64,000 bases of DNA from Octopus vulgaris. Lineage: Eukaryota. Within the stretch, counting starts at the first letter, position 1, and the number at the start of each line of letters is the position of its first letter. The notes under the pieces were generated by a model that was given only the letters and a program-made list of their open reading frames with translations, was not told where the DNA came from and made no database searches. Of the stretch, positions 11,986 through 24,943 are shown in pieces. Location of the stretch: assembly GCA_951406725.2 (NCBI GenBank), contig OX597814.1, positions 195,858,001-195,922,000 on the forward strand. The letters are read 5' to 3'. Both the position numbers and the translations under genes were made by a program.

Positions 11986-12313
11986 TACAGGGTAAATGTT
12001 TTTTAATTTTCTCCTGGTTTACGGAATTGACGTTATTTTGCGGTTAAAGCTTTTGGCTGTTATTTCTAGTGGGTGAATGGCCTATTATGGCCGTTCCTTG
12101 ATTGTGATATATATATATATATATATATAAATGCAAGTTGTATTATCTTTCACGGACGAATACTGGCAAAGGAAGGGTCGTTCGTTCTGTATCAAAGCAT
12201 TTCGTTATCACTGGTGCCGGCAGAACTTCTAATCAGGAAATGGATGGTGGGAAACTTTTAGTTGTGCGTGCGGACGAATACTAATCTCAAATTGAAGTGT
12301 AGCACAAATATAT

Positions 12314-12525
12314 AAGGCAGCGATCCGGCAGAACCGTTAGTATGCCGGGCAAAATGCTTCGCTGCATTTCGTCCGTTTCTACGTTCTGAGTTCAAATTTC
12401 GCTTAGGTCGACTTTGCCTTTCATCTTTTCGACATCGACAAAATAAGCACCAACTGAGTAGTGGGGCCGATGTAATTGATTCATCCCACTCCTAAAATTG
12501 CTAGCCTTGTGCTAAAATTCGAAAT
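12314..12525 (+). mobile_element. tRNA-derived SINE family 1, diverged
   Basis: aaggcagcgatccggcagaaccgttag...gttctgagttcaaatt...gactttgcctttcatc matches many copies in the window. Confidence 0.8.
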
Positions 12526-13199
12526 TAATCAATTAACTAATCAATTAACTAATCAATTCCAGTTCATAACTAATGAGTATTTTGTTGACTTTGCATTTAT
12601 CAGAGACTGAACCGATCTCCATAACCAGTGTGATTTAAGGAAGTATATCCTGGTATGTTTCTACGACAACGAGCAGATTCTGCCGTAACAACTCTTTTAG
12701 ATTATATAAAATATTGAAATTTATTCGCTCTTACCTTGGTCTTTTATTCTTGCAAACCACCCAATCTAAAAATCTAAACAAATTAAGGTACAAACATTGA
12801 TTGTCATTCACTGTCAAAAGAAGTAACGCTGTAGTGTCTTTCACTCTCGATGAAGATGGCGATCAAAAAGAAATCTTTTTTTTTTCTTTTTAAGCAGTTT
12901 ATATATTCACTTCATGTATTTACGATCATCTTGACAGTTTCTCTGGTTTGATAATACGTTCAGACACTTAACTACTTGGCAAGCTTTGTCATTGGAGGCT
13001 CAAGGGAATTGTGATGACGTTGAAGTTGGTTTCGTAAAATTGATAATATAAAACCCCCATTAGTTTAAAATATTTATTATTGGAATCACCAGAGGAAAAC
13101 CAAAAAGCAAATAAAACAACTAGACCTAATAGTATAGAGGTAATAAAAAAAGCACTTCTTTTTTTAAGAATGCTTTTAACGTCTCTTCGTCCTTCGGAA

Positions 13200-13600
13200 T
13201 GACAAATAAATATTTAAGCATTGAGAAATGTTCTGATTGTCAGTGATTCTACTGATTGCTGGGATTAATGAAAAGTTCGGAAGTAAAGCTTGTAAAGAAC
13301 CACCACTCATGCTGGTATACTTATTGGTCAACGGTGACCGGAGAAAGATCTATGTTAGATTTTTGTAGAAAACATTTAGCAAGGAAAAGCGACGGTGTTG
13401 AAGAGATTCAACTCTCTGGTCTCATCCAGAGAGTTTGCAACCAAGTGAATGTGGATAATTTCCAGTGACACTTGGCCTGGTGGTACTATCGGGGAAGCAT
13501 TGCATTTTTGAGACACACAACCGGTGATATTCGAAATGCACGTAGAGCACTCGGGACAAGTCATTCCTGCTGTCATGCTGATCCTCTATTTGAAGGATTC
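13200..13600 (-). pseudogene. Possible decayed retroviral-type (Gypsy/Ginger-like) integrase fragment
   Basis: CPEC followed by PIVPPGQVSLEIIHIHL resembles the zinc-finger/core boundary of rve integrases; heavily disrupted. Confidence 0.35.
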
Positions 13601-13635
13601 TTAGAAGTAGCATTCCTTTTTTGAAACATCTTTCT

Positions 13636-14042
<407 letters not shown>

Positions 14043-14062
<20 letters not shown>

Positions 14063-14215
14063 TTAGGAGAAATGAGGTACTCAGAAATCTGGATAGTTTT
14101 ATATTTACAGATATTTATTAGTATGTCACATGTTTTTATAAATCATATATTTGCGCTTGCGTCCACTCCAGTGAAGTCGTCAGACTGAACTTTTGCAGGA
14201 ATATATACATACATA

Positions 14216-14304
<89 letters not shown>

Positions 14305-14458
14305 ATTAGGAGAAATGAGGTACTCAGAAATCTGGATAGTTTTATATTTACAGATATTTATTAGTATGTCACATGTTTTTATAAATCATATATTTGCGCT
14401 TGCGTCCACTCCAGTGAAGTCGTCAGACTGAACTTTTGCAGGAATATATACATACATA

Positions 14459-14541
<83 letters not shown>
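14043..14541. repeat. Tandem duplication of a ~140-bp core flanked by (TG)n and (CA)n/(TA)n
   Basis: Core ttaggagaaatgagg...ttttgcagga is identical at ~14063 and ~14306. Confidence 0.85.
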
Positions 14542-14545
<4 letters not shown>

Positions 14546-14650
14546 GGGGAGTTGTAGCTGTTTGTGTGTATAGCATTTTCTTGATATACCGAGGAAGCGT
14601 GTCTAGTGTATACTGTAGTAGCGCCAGTTAAGTTTTAAGTATTAAGGGTC

Positions 14651-15235
14651 AAGGCGGCGAGCCGGTAGAAACGTTAGCACGTCGGGCGAAATGCTTAGCG
14701 GTATTTCGTCTGCCGCTACGTTCTGAGTTCAAATTTCGCCGAGGTCGACTTTGCCTTTCATCCTTTCGGGGTCGATTAAATAAGTACCAGTCACGCACTG
14801 GGGTCGATATAATCGAATTAATCCTTTTGTCTGTCCTTGTTTGTCCTCTCTGTGTTTAGCCCCTTGTGGGTAGTAAAGAAATAGAAATAGGAATTTCGTC
14901 TGCCGTTACGTTCTGCGTTCAAATTCCTTTCGGGTTCGATAAATTAAGTAACAGTGGCGTACTGAGATCGATTCAATCGACTGGCCCCTTCCCTCCAAAT
15001 TTTGGACCATGTGCCTAAAGTAGAATAGATTATATTAAGGCGGCGAGCTGGCAGAATCGTTAGCATGACGGGCGAAATTCTTAGCGGTATTTCGTCTGCC
15101 GTTAGGATTGGATTTCGAATTTCCCTATCAGCCTTTGGCGGTCGATAAAATTAGTACCAGTTACGTACTGGGGTCGATCTAATCGACTGTCCCCCTCCCC
15201 CAAAATTTGAGGCCTAGTGCTTCCAATAGAAAGGA
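14651..15235 (+). mobile_element. Cluster of SINE family 1 copies (dimeric plus single)
   Basis: aaggcggcgagc(c/t)ggcagaa heads at 14651 and 15037; gcctttcatcctttcggggtcgat core. Confidence 0.85.
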
Positions 15236-17089
15236 TGTATTCAAGTTGAAAACATGTGACACACTGACATTCACATTTATTATATTAGATATGTTTAGTT
15301 TTGGAGAAACTTTATTTCAATTCAAGTGTATTTAATTTATATTTATGTGTGTGTATTAAACAAAGCAAAAAATAAAACAAAAATGATGGTGTTCAGTATG
15401 TTAGCGACAAGAATTTCTGTCAAAGACATATGGTTAAACAATGTTAGGCACCATCTTCCTCTTTCTCTCACACACCCACTCTTTCTCCCTCTTTTACTAT
15501 TACTCCCACTACCACCATCAACACTACTACTTTTAATAAAACATCAACTCACCCTAAATTTCTTTGTCTCTCTCTCCCTCTCTTTTTCTTTCTCTCTCCT
15601 TCACTGTCTGTTTTCGCCACCGCCCTCACCGTCTCTATGCGTACTATTACTCTCACCCCATCATGAGGAATAGTAAGAGTGTCATTGAATAGTGAGAGAG
15701 GAGGTCTAAGTATTTTACACTGACGCAGAAATTAGTGTTCGCATTTATTATATTAGATAATAGCTCCATATGGTTTAATGTTTTGTGGGCGCGTATGATG
15801 AACCCATCTCATTAAATATATATATATGTGTGTGTGTCTTTTTCACTTGTTTATACCATATAAGTCCGTCTCAACTCAATTGGCCTGGGGTACTATAGAG
15901 AAGGTCTTCCTTAACTAACAGTATTGTGTAGTATGTGGGTTGTTCCCAAAAGGGTGATTTGTTTTCACAAATATTACTATTGTTCGGGATTATGGTCTGT
16001 GAAATTCCTCTTCGCTCTCTTCATGAATTGTAAAACTCCGATGACTGTTTTATATTATGTCGGTATTCATACACGACACCATGTTCATTTTTATAATAGC
16101 ACAAACCACAACGACAATGCCAGCTGCAATGACAACGTTCCGCCATGATCCAATAAGTGAGTCTCATTGTTGTCACATCAACTGCTGGAAATAGTAGCAA
16201 GTTTTTTTCTTAAATTATGCGTTACTGTTTAAAATAAAGCAGATGTTTATGAGTGGATAACTTCGATTATACGAGTGCTCAATCAAGGCTCAGGGGGAAA
16301 CATGAACAATAGCAGTAACTCGACCATAGACACAGGCATAAACACAGATATTGACATAGATGCAATTGTACCCACACTACTAAACGTTCGCTCACACACA
16401 CACTCACAATCTGGTACACACATAGCTGTTACACAGACAGATACAAAGACACACACATGAACACATGCCAGAAACACAGACTCACATACCAGTGATACTA
16501 CACATACCATACACAACAACATAAATACACATGCGTTGCTATAGAATTACCTGAACACATATGCACATACAATAGCCATGACAAGACATATTGACGGCGT
16601 TTAGCAAATCACAAACAATACAAAACACCTGCGGCCATTTTCAGAAACACCACAGATAAGAAGGTCACAGAAATGATAATAGAAAAATATTTTTCGAAAC
16701 TAAACAAGTCATAATGGTGTGAGCATGACTGCTGATTGCTGACTGCTTATTTTTCTTTCCATCGGCACATGTGCCACTCACAGGTTTATAAGGTTAAACA
16801 ATAGCAACGACATTCTAGAAATAGCAACAAAATGTGGTTTGTAGTAGATTCCGCCATTTTTCGCTAACCTCGTCTGGTATGAATTATGATTGAAAACAAA
16901 AAGAAAGGTAAGGTCACGGATGGAAAGTGCTCAAATAATGATTACCGAGGGCTAAACAACATCAGTCAATATACCAGCAATAGCTACATTCTACTATACA
17001 ATCAATATACCAGTCGTACCTTACAGTCGATATTCCTGTCAAAGTCATATTCTACCACACAATAAATATAGCAATGATAGCTACATTCT

Positions 17090-17656
17090 TTTCTACTCTA
17101 GGCATAAGGCCCGAAATTTTTGGGGGGAGGAGGCCAGTCGATTAGATTAACCGGTACTTAATTTATCGACCCCGAAAGGATGGAAGGCAAAGTCGACCTC
17201 GGCGGAATTTGAACTCAGAACGTAACAGCAGACGAAATACCTATTTCTTTACTACCCACAAGGGGCTAAACATAGAGAGGACAATCAAGGACAGACAAAC
17301 GGATTAAGTCGATTATATCGACCCCAGTGCGTAACTGGTACTTATTTAATTGACCACGAAATGATGAAAGGCAAAGTCGACTTCGGCGGAATTTGAACTC
17401 AGAACGTAGCGGCAGACGAAATACCTATTTCTTTATTACCCACAAGGGGCTAAACACAGAGGGGACAAACAAGGACAGACATAGGTATTAAGTCGATTAC
17501 ATCGACCCCAGTGCGTAACTGGTACTTAATTTATCGACCCCGAAAGGATGAAAGGCAAAGTTGACCTCGGCGGAATTTGAACTCAGAACGTAGCGGCAGA
17601 CGAAATACCGCTAAGCATTTCGCCCGGCGTGCTAACGTCTCTGCCAGCTCGCCGCC
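17090..17656 (-). mobile_element. SINE family 1, internally multimerised
   Basis: Three repeats of the atcgaccccgaaaggatgaaaggcaaagtcgacc module; head gctcgccgcct at the right end. Confidence 0.85.
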
Positions 17657-17977
17657 TCCATTGAGGATATTGTATATTATAGCTGACACTAACTATACAA
17701 GTCGTAGCTTTATTCTTCCCCAGTCAATATTCCAGTCAGAGCTATCGTCTCCCTTGCAGTCACTGTAGTAAATATTGTGACTTTTCACATTATAATCAAT
17801 TTGTTATTAGACCGTTAGATTACCTCAGATTTTTCTTCTACTATTTCCAAGTCGATCGTATTCTAGAGGCCAAAGATTTCTCAAGCTTGGTGACCATCAC
17901 CACTGAGTTGCAGCTCAACGACAAAAGTTTACTCAAAGCTGTGATGCTGTAATGTTTTCTAAATGTGCAGCAATGCA

Positions 17978-18200
17978 TGCGCGTGGCCTAGTGGTTAAGG
18001 TGTTGGACTCATGATCGTAAGATTGTTGTTCGATCACTGGACGCGTTGTGTTCTTGGGCAAAGCACTTCATTTCACGTGTTTCCACTCTACTTAGCTGGC
18101 AAAAATGAGGAATCCTGCGACGGATAGGCGTCCCGTCCAGGTGGGGAATATATGCGCCTTGGAAAGCGGCTCTATGAACCTATATGACTCGGTAAGGATT
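17978..18200 (+). mobile_element. tRNA-derived SINE, diverged
   Basis: A-box-like tggcctagtggtta and B-box-like gttcgatc, then ttcttgggcaaagcacttcatttcac; related copies at ~22690 and ~32530. Confidence 0.6.
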
Positions 18201-18759
18201 TTCATCTTGTCTACCCAACGCTGGGGCGACGGCAGTCTAATAACATCTTTATTACGTAGACTAAGTATTCACTTCATAGAAGTAAATCGTAAATCGAAAC
18301 GCACGATGGAGCTTCTGCGCGAACTCCAGAGCTGTTACAAATACTATTTTATTGTTGGAATGCAATTCATCATAGGCCACCAAACAACGCTGATCGGCAG
18401 ACTAATGCCTGAGGATCGCATCAAGTAGTTCCTAGCGACAGAAGCCTGAACTACAACGGGCTTGTCCCACAGATCAGCTGTAACTAAATGCTAGGATCAG
18501 ATATATAATGCTAAAAATCAACATTAAAACGCATGAAAACTAAACGAAAATGCTCTAGTTTCGCCCTGTTGCCTTAAAACGCCCCAGACACAAAGAATCT
18601 GGAGATGTGAACCTGCACACCGAGCACCAACTTAGCAACACCAGAGCAGAGCGCGCCGAGGTGACTACTTGAGTAAACATCGCATCTGGTTCCAAATCTG
18701 TCAACACTTCGAGGATGAATATGATTTGAAGGACACCGATTCCCTGATAGCCGCAAGAG

Positions 18760-19542
18760 CCAACCATAACGGAATATCTATGCAACTTCTACACATGCAT
18801 AGGGGAATTAAGGAACAGCGACTATGTCAATCTTCAGAGAACATTTTGTTCTGAAGCTATCATTAATTTAATAACCTTTCTTATATTCACGAGTGAATGC
18901 GGCGGCCGAAACAGTTGTCAGTCTTTAAATAGCTTACAAGGACGTAAGTTTACGAGTGGATTTTCACTCTTTAGGAATGGTTACATGTGGCTTGAGGACC
19001 AGCTTCGTTCATGCCAAATGCTGACTTCCCAAATGAATGAAAACATCATGAAAATTCAAGAATTGACCTTGGAGGAACGTCACCGAACAATTGACGATCT
19101 TGTTTGATATGACCGGTGATTCTTGGAGCTCATGTGAATGTATTTTGAGCAAGGAATTGCGAGTTAAAAGAGTTGTAGCAAAATTTGTGTTTCGCTTGCT
19201 GATGGAAGATCAAAAGCAGTCACGACTAAATGCATGTCGTGAGCTGAAAGAACAGCTGGAAGTGGATCCGGAATACATTTTCAGAGGTCATCGTTGGTGA
19301 TGAAAGCTGGTGTTACGGGCTATGCAGATGTGGAAGAGGTGAAGAAAAGAAACGGCGGAGGCATTCAAAGGCATTACTTCGTAAAATTTTCAACACTGCT
19401 TCCAACAGTGGAAAATGCGTCTGTGCCGATGTATTGCTTCGAATGAAGAATACTTAGAAGGCGATAAAAGACCAAACATGTAAAACCAAATGAATAAAAT
19501 AATATTGCTAACACCTGGTTTCTTTTGGGTACACACTCGTGT
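18760..19542 (+). pseudogene. Decayed, internally deleted mariner transposase
   Basis: KRVVAKFVFRLLMEDQKQSRLNACREL; ggtgatgaaagctgg (GDESW); C-terminal FQQW..RCIAS..EYLEGDK. Confidence 0.75.
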
Positions 19543-19545
19543 ATG

Positions 19546-19592
<47 letters not shown>

Positions 19593-19601
<9 letters not shown>

Positions 19602-20202
19602 GTGAATTGAAGAAATGGAGCTGAACGAAGATTGAACAGAAATCGTTTTATTTCATTCTACACGTGTTTCGAAAGGCACAATTTACCAAAATCCGATTGA
19701 ATAATGAGACCATATTGTGTCTTTCTCTTCAGGAAGAAATAGGAAATCCGTTGGAAAAAACAAAAACAGAACAGAGGCGGAGCAAAACAAATCGAACTAG
19801 GCTCCTAAGAGCCCATGGCCAAACTCTTGGCCATGGGCTCTTAGGAGCCTAGTTCGATTTGTTTTGCTCCGCCTCTGTTCTTTTTTTGTTTTTTCCAACG
19901 GATTTCCTATTTCTTCCTGAAGAGAAAGACACAATATGGTCTCATTATTCAATCGGATTTTGGTAAATTGTGCCTTTCGAAACACGTGTAGAATGAAATA
20001 AAACGATTTCTGTTCAATCTTCGTTCAGCTCCATTTCTTCAATTCACCAATAATATTAAAATTCAATTATCCGCACCAACGCACGGTTGCAACACCATAT
20101 GGTTGTACCTCCAACCGTGCTGTCTTCTGCTGTGATTTTTGCTACCAAGGTATCGGTTAAACTTTTGATTCATCTGCTACAAGATTATTCATCTTTCTAT
20201 TT

Positions 20203-20205
<3 letters not shown>
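19593..20205. mobile_element. Fold-back element (230-bp near-perfect arms 19593-20056, 4-nt loop) with head-to-head hammerheads, in (TA)n
   Basis: Only one arm mismatch seen; the right arm continues ~150 bp to the next (TA)n. Confidence 0.85.
19908..20000 (+). ncRNA. Type I hammerhead ribozyme (mirror copy on minus at 19649-19741)
   Basis: tatttcttc-CTGAAGA-gaaagacacaat...attgtgcctttc-GAAA-cacgtg-TA-gaatgaaata; palindromic stem III ACACGTGT. Confidence 0.85.
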
Positions 20206-20288
<83 letters not shown>

Positions 20289-20840
20289 TGTATATAAATT
20301 TATACGTGTTTGAAAGTTGTGGCTTCTTTGGTGTGTTTGTTACCAAGCAACACTTATTTTAGTGGTGTTGACACCGCAGGATTATTGGTATGACTATTTT
20401 TGCATAAGTGGAATAGTATCATAACACATCCTTTTGATATATATATATATATATATATGAGTATATATACATATATATATATGTATATATATGTATATGT
20501 ACGTATATATGTATATATATATATATATAAGTACATATATATATGTATATATATATATGTATATATATATACGTATATGCATATATATATATGTATATAT
20601 ACGTATATGTATATATGTATATATATATGTATATATATATATATTTATATATATATAGATCTATATATATATATATGTATACATGTATATATATATATGT
20701 ATGTATATATTTATATATGTATATATGTATATATATATATATTTATGTATGTATATATGTATATATATATATATATGTACATTTATATATATGTATATAT
20801 GTATATATATATATATATATATTTTATGTATGCATATATG

Positions 20841-20895
<55 letters not shown>

Positions 20896-21023
20896 ATATA
20901 TATATGTATATATATATATAAATATATGTATATATGTATGTATATATGTATATATATATATATATGTACATATATATATATTTATATATATATATGTACA
21001 TATATATATATGTATAAATGTAC

Positions 21024-21119
<96 letters not shown>

Positions 21120-21126
21120 GTACATA
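20206..21126. repeat. Degenerate (TA)n/(TATG)n microsatellite field
   Basis: Direct reading; source of the YI-repeat ORFs. Confidence 0.9.
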
Positions 21127-21418
21127 TTCAAATTGATTGGTGGTAGGGACTCTATATTTTGTTTTGCGAGCACAATATACATCCAAAGACATTAGAGATA
21201 TAGAAGTGAATTATGTGTCTTCTTTTCTGGGTTAACAGTGTGATGCAAACACTTTTAAGTTACCTCAGGTGGTGGCTCTAAATTTTATATGAAATCTGTA
21301 GCGATAACGTGAAAGTGATCTCTATCTCTTCCTCATTCTGCATATATATATGTATCCGTGTGTATGTGTGTTTGCATGTGTATGTGTTTGAGTGTGTTTA
21401 GATATGTATTCATATATA

Positions 21419-21807
21419 TCCTTATATATAAAAGGGAGGTTGTGTGCTGTGTGTCTCCTACGATTTAGATTCCTAACTACTCCCACATTTTGCGGTGCAG
21501 TTTAACCAAAACCGGGTATATTATAGTCATGATTCATATCGAGCCCTTCTGGGTATTAGCGCGTGTCTACGATGAGTCTACGATTTAAAAAAAAAATTAC
21601 CATCAATTTTCCCATTTTTAATGCATTTTTTGGCATATAAAAGGGAAGTAACTCTCTGAAAATGTATTATTAAATCTCAGAACGTAAAAAGCTACAGTAA
21701 CCCTTTGTGGTTAGCCATATTGAGATGGCTATTATACTTTGCATCTCTAAAGATGCTTATATAGTTATTTCCCTTACAAACCGAGCAACGCCGGGCGATA
21801 CTGCTAG
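21419..21807 (+). mobile_element. Non-autonomous Helitron
   Basis: 5' TC, subterminal GC hairpin ccgagcaacgccggg, 3' CTAG, inserted between A and T; second copy at 41277-41679. Confidence 0.8.
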
Positions 21808-23059
21808 TATATATATATATATATATTGCTAAATTTTTCTTGAGAATATTTCTTAGTGGTAAGACCATAGTGGATCTATTTCTAGCATAAGGGTGTCCAC
21901 ATAGTGATCCATCCATATACATTGTATTGCAGCTAACTGTTGTAGCTATGTTCTATATTCTATCCAATAGTTAACATACGTATCATATTAATATTCAACA
22001 GGAAGAAAGCAAATATATGTCATTACGATAACCGCCCTAAGCAAAATAATAACAATCGCAGCTACGTTCCGCCTTACAGCTACTGTAACAGCTTGCACAA
22101 ATTTATATATAGGTGTACGAGTGTATGTGTATGTGTGTGTATTTCAAGATCATAGTTATGACGTTATTGTTACAGGTCTACTAGAACACGTGACAAAATA
22201 CTGTTCAGGTTTCAAATCCCCGCTGAGCTCGATTTTTTTTTCTTTCTTTTATCTTTCTGATATCAATAGAATAACTCTCGGTCATGTTTTGAAATAGCTT
22301 CGATCCACAGTTCTTCCCCGCATTACACACAATGCGCCGTTTTGCTTTAATCAATGTAAGGAATTTAATATTGAATCGAACAGACAACTGTGAGAATGAT
22401 TGCGGTAAAAGAGGCCATCCTGCAGTGTCGTGACAATTACACAGTTTCAATTCTAGGTTGAGCTAAGTTCATTTGACTTACGTTATTATTTCTGCCCTAC
22501 GGGAGATTATAAACGTGACAAGCCTTACTTAGTATTAACGTGCTCTGGCACGGCTTAAGGCGTGATAAAGAAGACAAAGAGAGCATTTAAACAAATGAAA
22601 TAACTCGTAACTCCCAAATAATTGCAACTTTATTACTACTCATGAGAGACCTCAATGCAATGTAAGTCTGGTACCCGTGAGTAGTGAGGGCGAGTGGCCT
22701 GGTGGTTAGGGTGTTGCACACACGAATACGAGATCTGGGTTCGATTCTCGCACCGGGCGGAGATTTTTGTTCTTAGGCAAATCACATCGTGTTAGGCTGT
22801 TCTACGATCATGATCATTTCAATATTTGTCGTCTGACACATCGTGCACCTATAAAGGCAAATGTCAATTTGATGGAGGGAGTGAACTAATGTACAGTACA
22901 TGCATTTATTTGATCGTGATAAACAAATCATCTGTGCAATTATAGCAACACGAAAATTGGGTAATTCTCATTCTTTTGGTACTATTTGAGAGTTAAGCGA
23001 AAAGAGAAAAAATGAAAAAAACATAAGACATGCGCTCTAAACTAGTGAATCAGTATATA

Positions 23060-23473
23060 TTTCCTTACTGCCCACAAGCGGCTAAACATAGAGGGGACAA
23101 ACAAGGACAGGCAAAGGGATTAAGTCAATTACATCGACACCAGTGCGTAAATGGTACTTATTTTATCGACCCCGAAAGGATAAAAGGCAAAGTCGACCTC
23201 GGCAGAATTTGAACTCGGAACGTAACGACAGACGAAATACCTATTTCTTTACTACCCACAAGGGGCTAAAGACAGAGGGAACAAACAAGGATAGACAATT
23301 GGATTAAGTCGATTATATCGATCCCAGTGCGTAACTGGTACTTATTTAATCGACCCCGAAAGGATGAAAGGCAAAGTCGACCACGGCGGAATTTGAACTC
23401 AGAACGTAACGGCAGACGAAACACCGCTAAGCATTTCGCCCGGCGCGCTAACGTTTCTGCCAGCTCGTCGCCT
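23060..23473 (-). mobile_element. SINE family 1 (dimeric)
   Basis: Matches other copies. Confidence 0.85.
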
Positions 23474-23977
23474 TTTCTAGTGAGTCAGTATATTGACGGC
23501 TTTTTCGAAATCCTCTTTCTTCTTTTGCCTCAGTTATACTCCTGAGAAAGCCATGAATGTTTTACGTTCTAATTTCTTTATAAATTCATACATTACTTTC
23601 AAACCGGGGAACAATTTTACAGATTACTTTATGTGGAAAGCAAAACGATTATTTCATAAGAACTGTAAGATTGTGTCATGTCATGGTTAAGAAACGTCGA
23701 TGATTATCAGAAAATAAAATTTTCAAATCATATATGCTATATTACTAATCTTTGTAGGAAAGACGCCATAGTCTAGTCTCACATACAATTTCTTCCCTGC
23801 ATATGCACCCCACCCCACCCCACCCCACCCCACAAGCACGCACTCACACAATCACATTCACCCACCCACATACAGATACTCACTCACAAACACACACGCG
23901 CGCATACACATGAAAAAGCAAAATCTTTGAAGTTTTAGTATGGAAAAGTTTATGTGGAAGACTATTATTTGTATATT

Positions 23978-24190
23978 AAGGCGTCGGGCTGGCAGAAACG
24001 TTAACACGCCGGGCAAAATGCTTAGCAGTGTTTCGTCTGTCTTTATGTTCTAAGTTCAAATTCCACCGAGGTCGACTTTGCCTTTCAGCCTGGGTCGATA
24101 AATAAAGAACCAGATGCTTACTGGTGTCGATCTAATCGACTGGCCTCTTCCCCCAAAATTTCAGGCCTTGTGCCTAGAGTAGAAAAGAAC
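23978..24190 (+). mobile_element. SINE family 1
   Basis: Matches other copies. Confidence 0.8.
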
Positions 24191-24310
24191 TATATATATA
24201 TATATCTATACACACACACACATTTTTGATAAATTTGGCGGTGATGTAAAGTTGTCTTGACCGATTGGAGAGTTTAATTCATCACACATTTCAACCACAC
24301 AATAATGATA

Positions 24311-24383
<73 letters not shown>

Positions 24384-24770
24384 GCACACAATAATAAGAG
24401 TGGCTTATTCGCAATATTACGACCAAACGGCGGAAATATTGAAGTCACTAAAGTGACAAAGGTCACTGGTCGGCACCAGCAATGCTAGAAATAAGAGTGA
24501 AAACAACTCATAGCCATGATAATACACTTGTTTTAATGAGTTACAAGGGCGGGAGCAAGCTCTCTACAACATCTCGGCATAGCCAGATCAGCAGTGATTT
24601 CGCATCTTAATCAATGTTCACCTGTGGCTCTCACCAGGAGCCTAGGGTTAAACTCAATTCGCCTGGTCAGTTTATGAAATTACCGTAGAAAGCACGGTGA
24701 TTTCATAAATGGATTGGGAAGGGAGCCAAGCTCCCCAAAACATCCGGTCGTGGCCAGATCACCACGATAC

Positions 24771-24803
<33 letters not shown>

Positions 24804-24839
24804 CAAACATACACACACACACATATTTATATACAAATA

Positions 24840-24943
<104 letters not shown>

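Larger units (their letters stand above)
10957..12108. mobile_element. Retrozyme-like array, subfamily B (~492-bp unit; ~1.2 units minus plus ~1.2 units plus, head-to-head)
   Basis: Diverged homolog of array A; inversion at 11534-11535; termini equivalent to array A; (TA)n flanks. Confidence 0.88.

Noticed and set aside
12190-12242. Minus-strand CTGATTA...GAAATGC hammerhead-like match
   Set aside because: Core mismatch and no convincing stem I or III; compatible with chance.
19664-19985. Convergent twin 62-aa ORFs
   Set aside because: A consequence of the palindrome; no coding features.
20087-21195. Long YI/CV/HT-repeat ORFs here and throughout the window
   Set aside because: Translations of (TA)n, (TG)n and (CA)n microsatellites, which lack stop codons.
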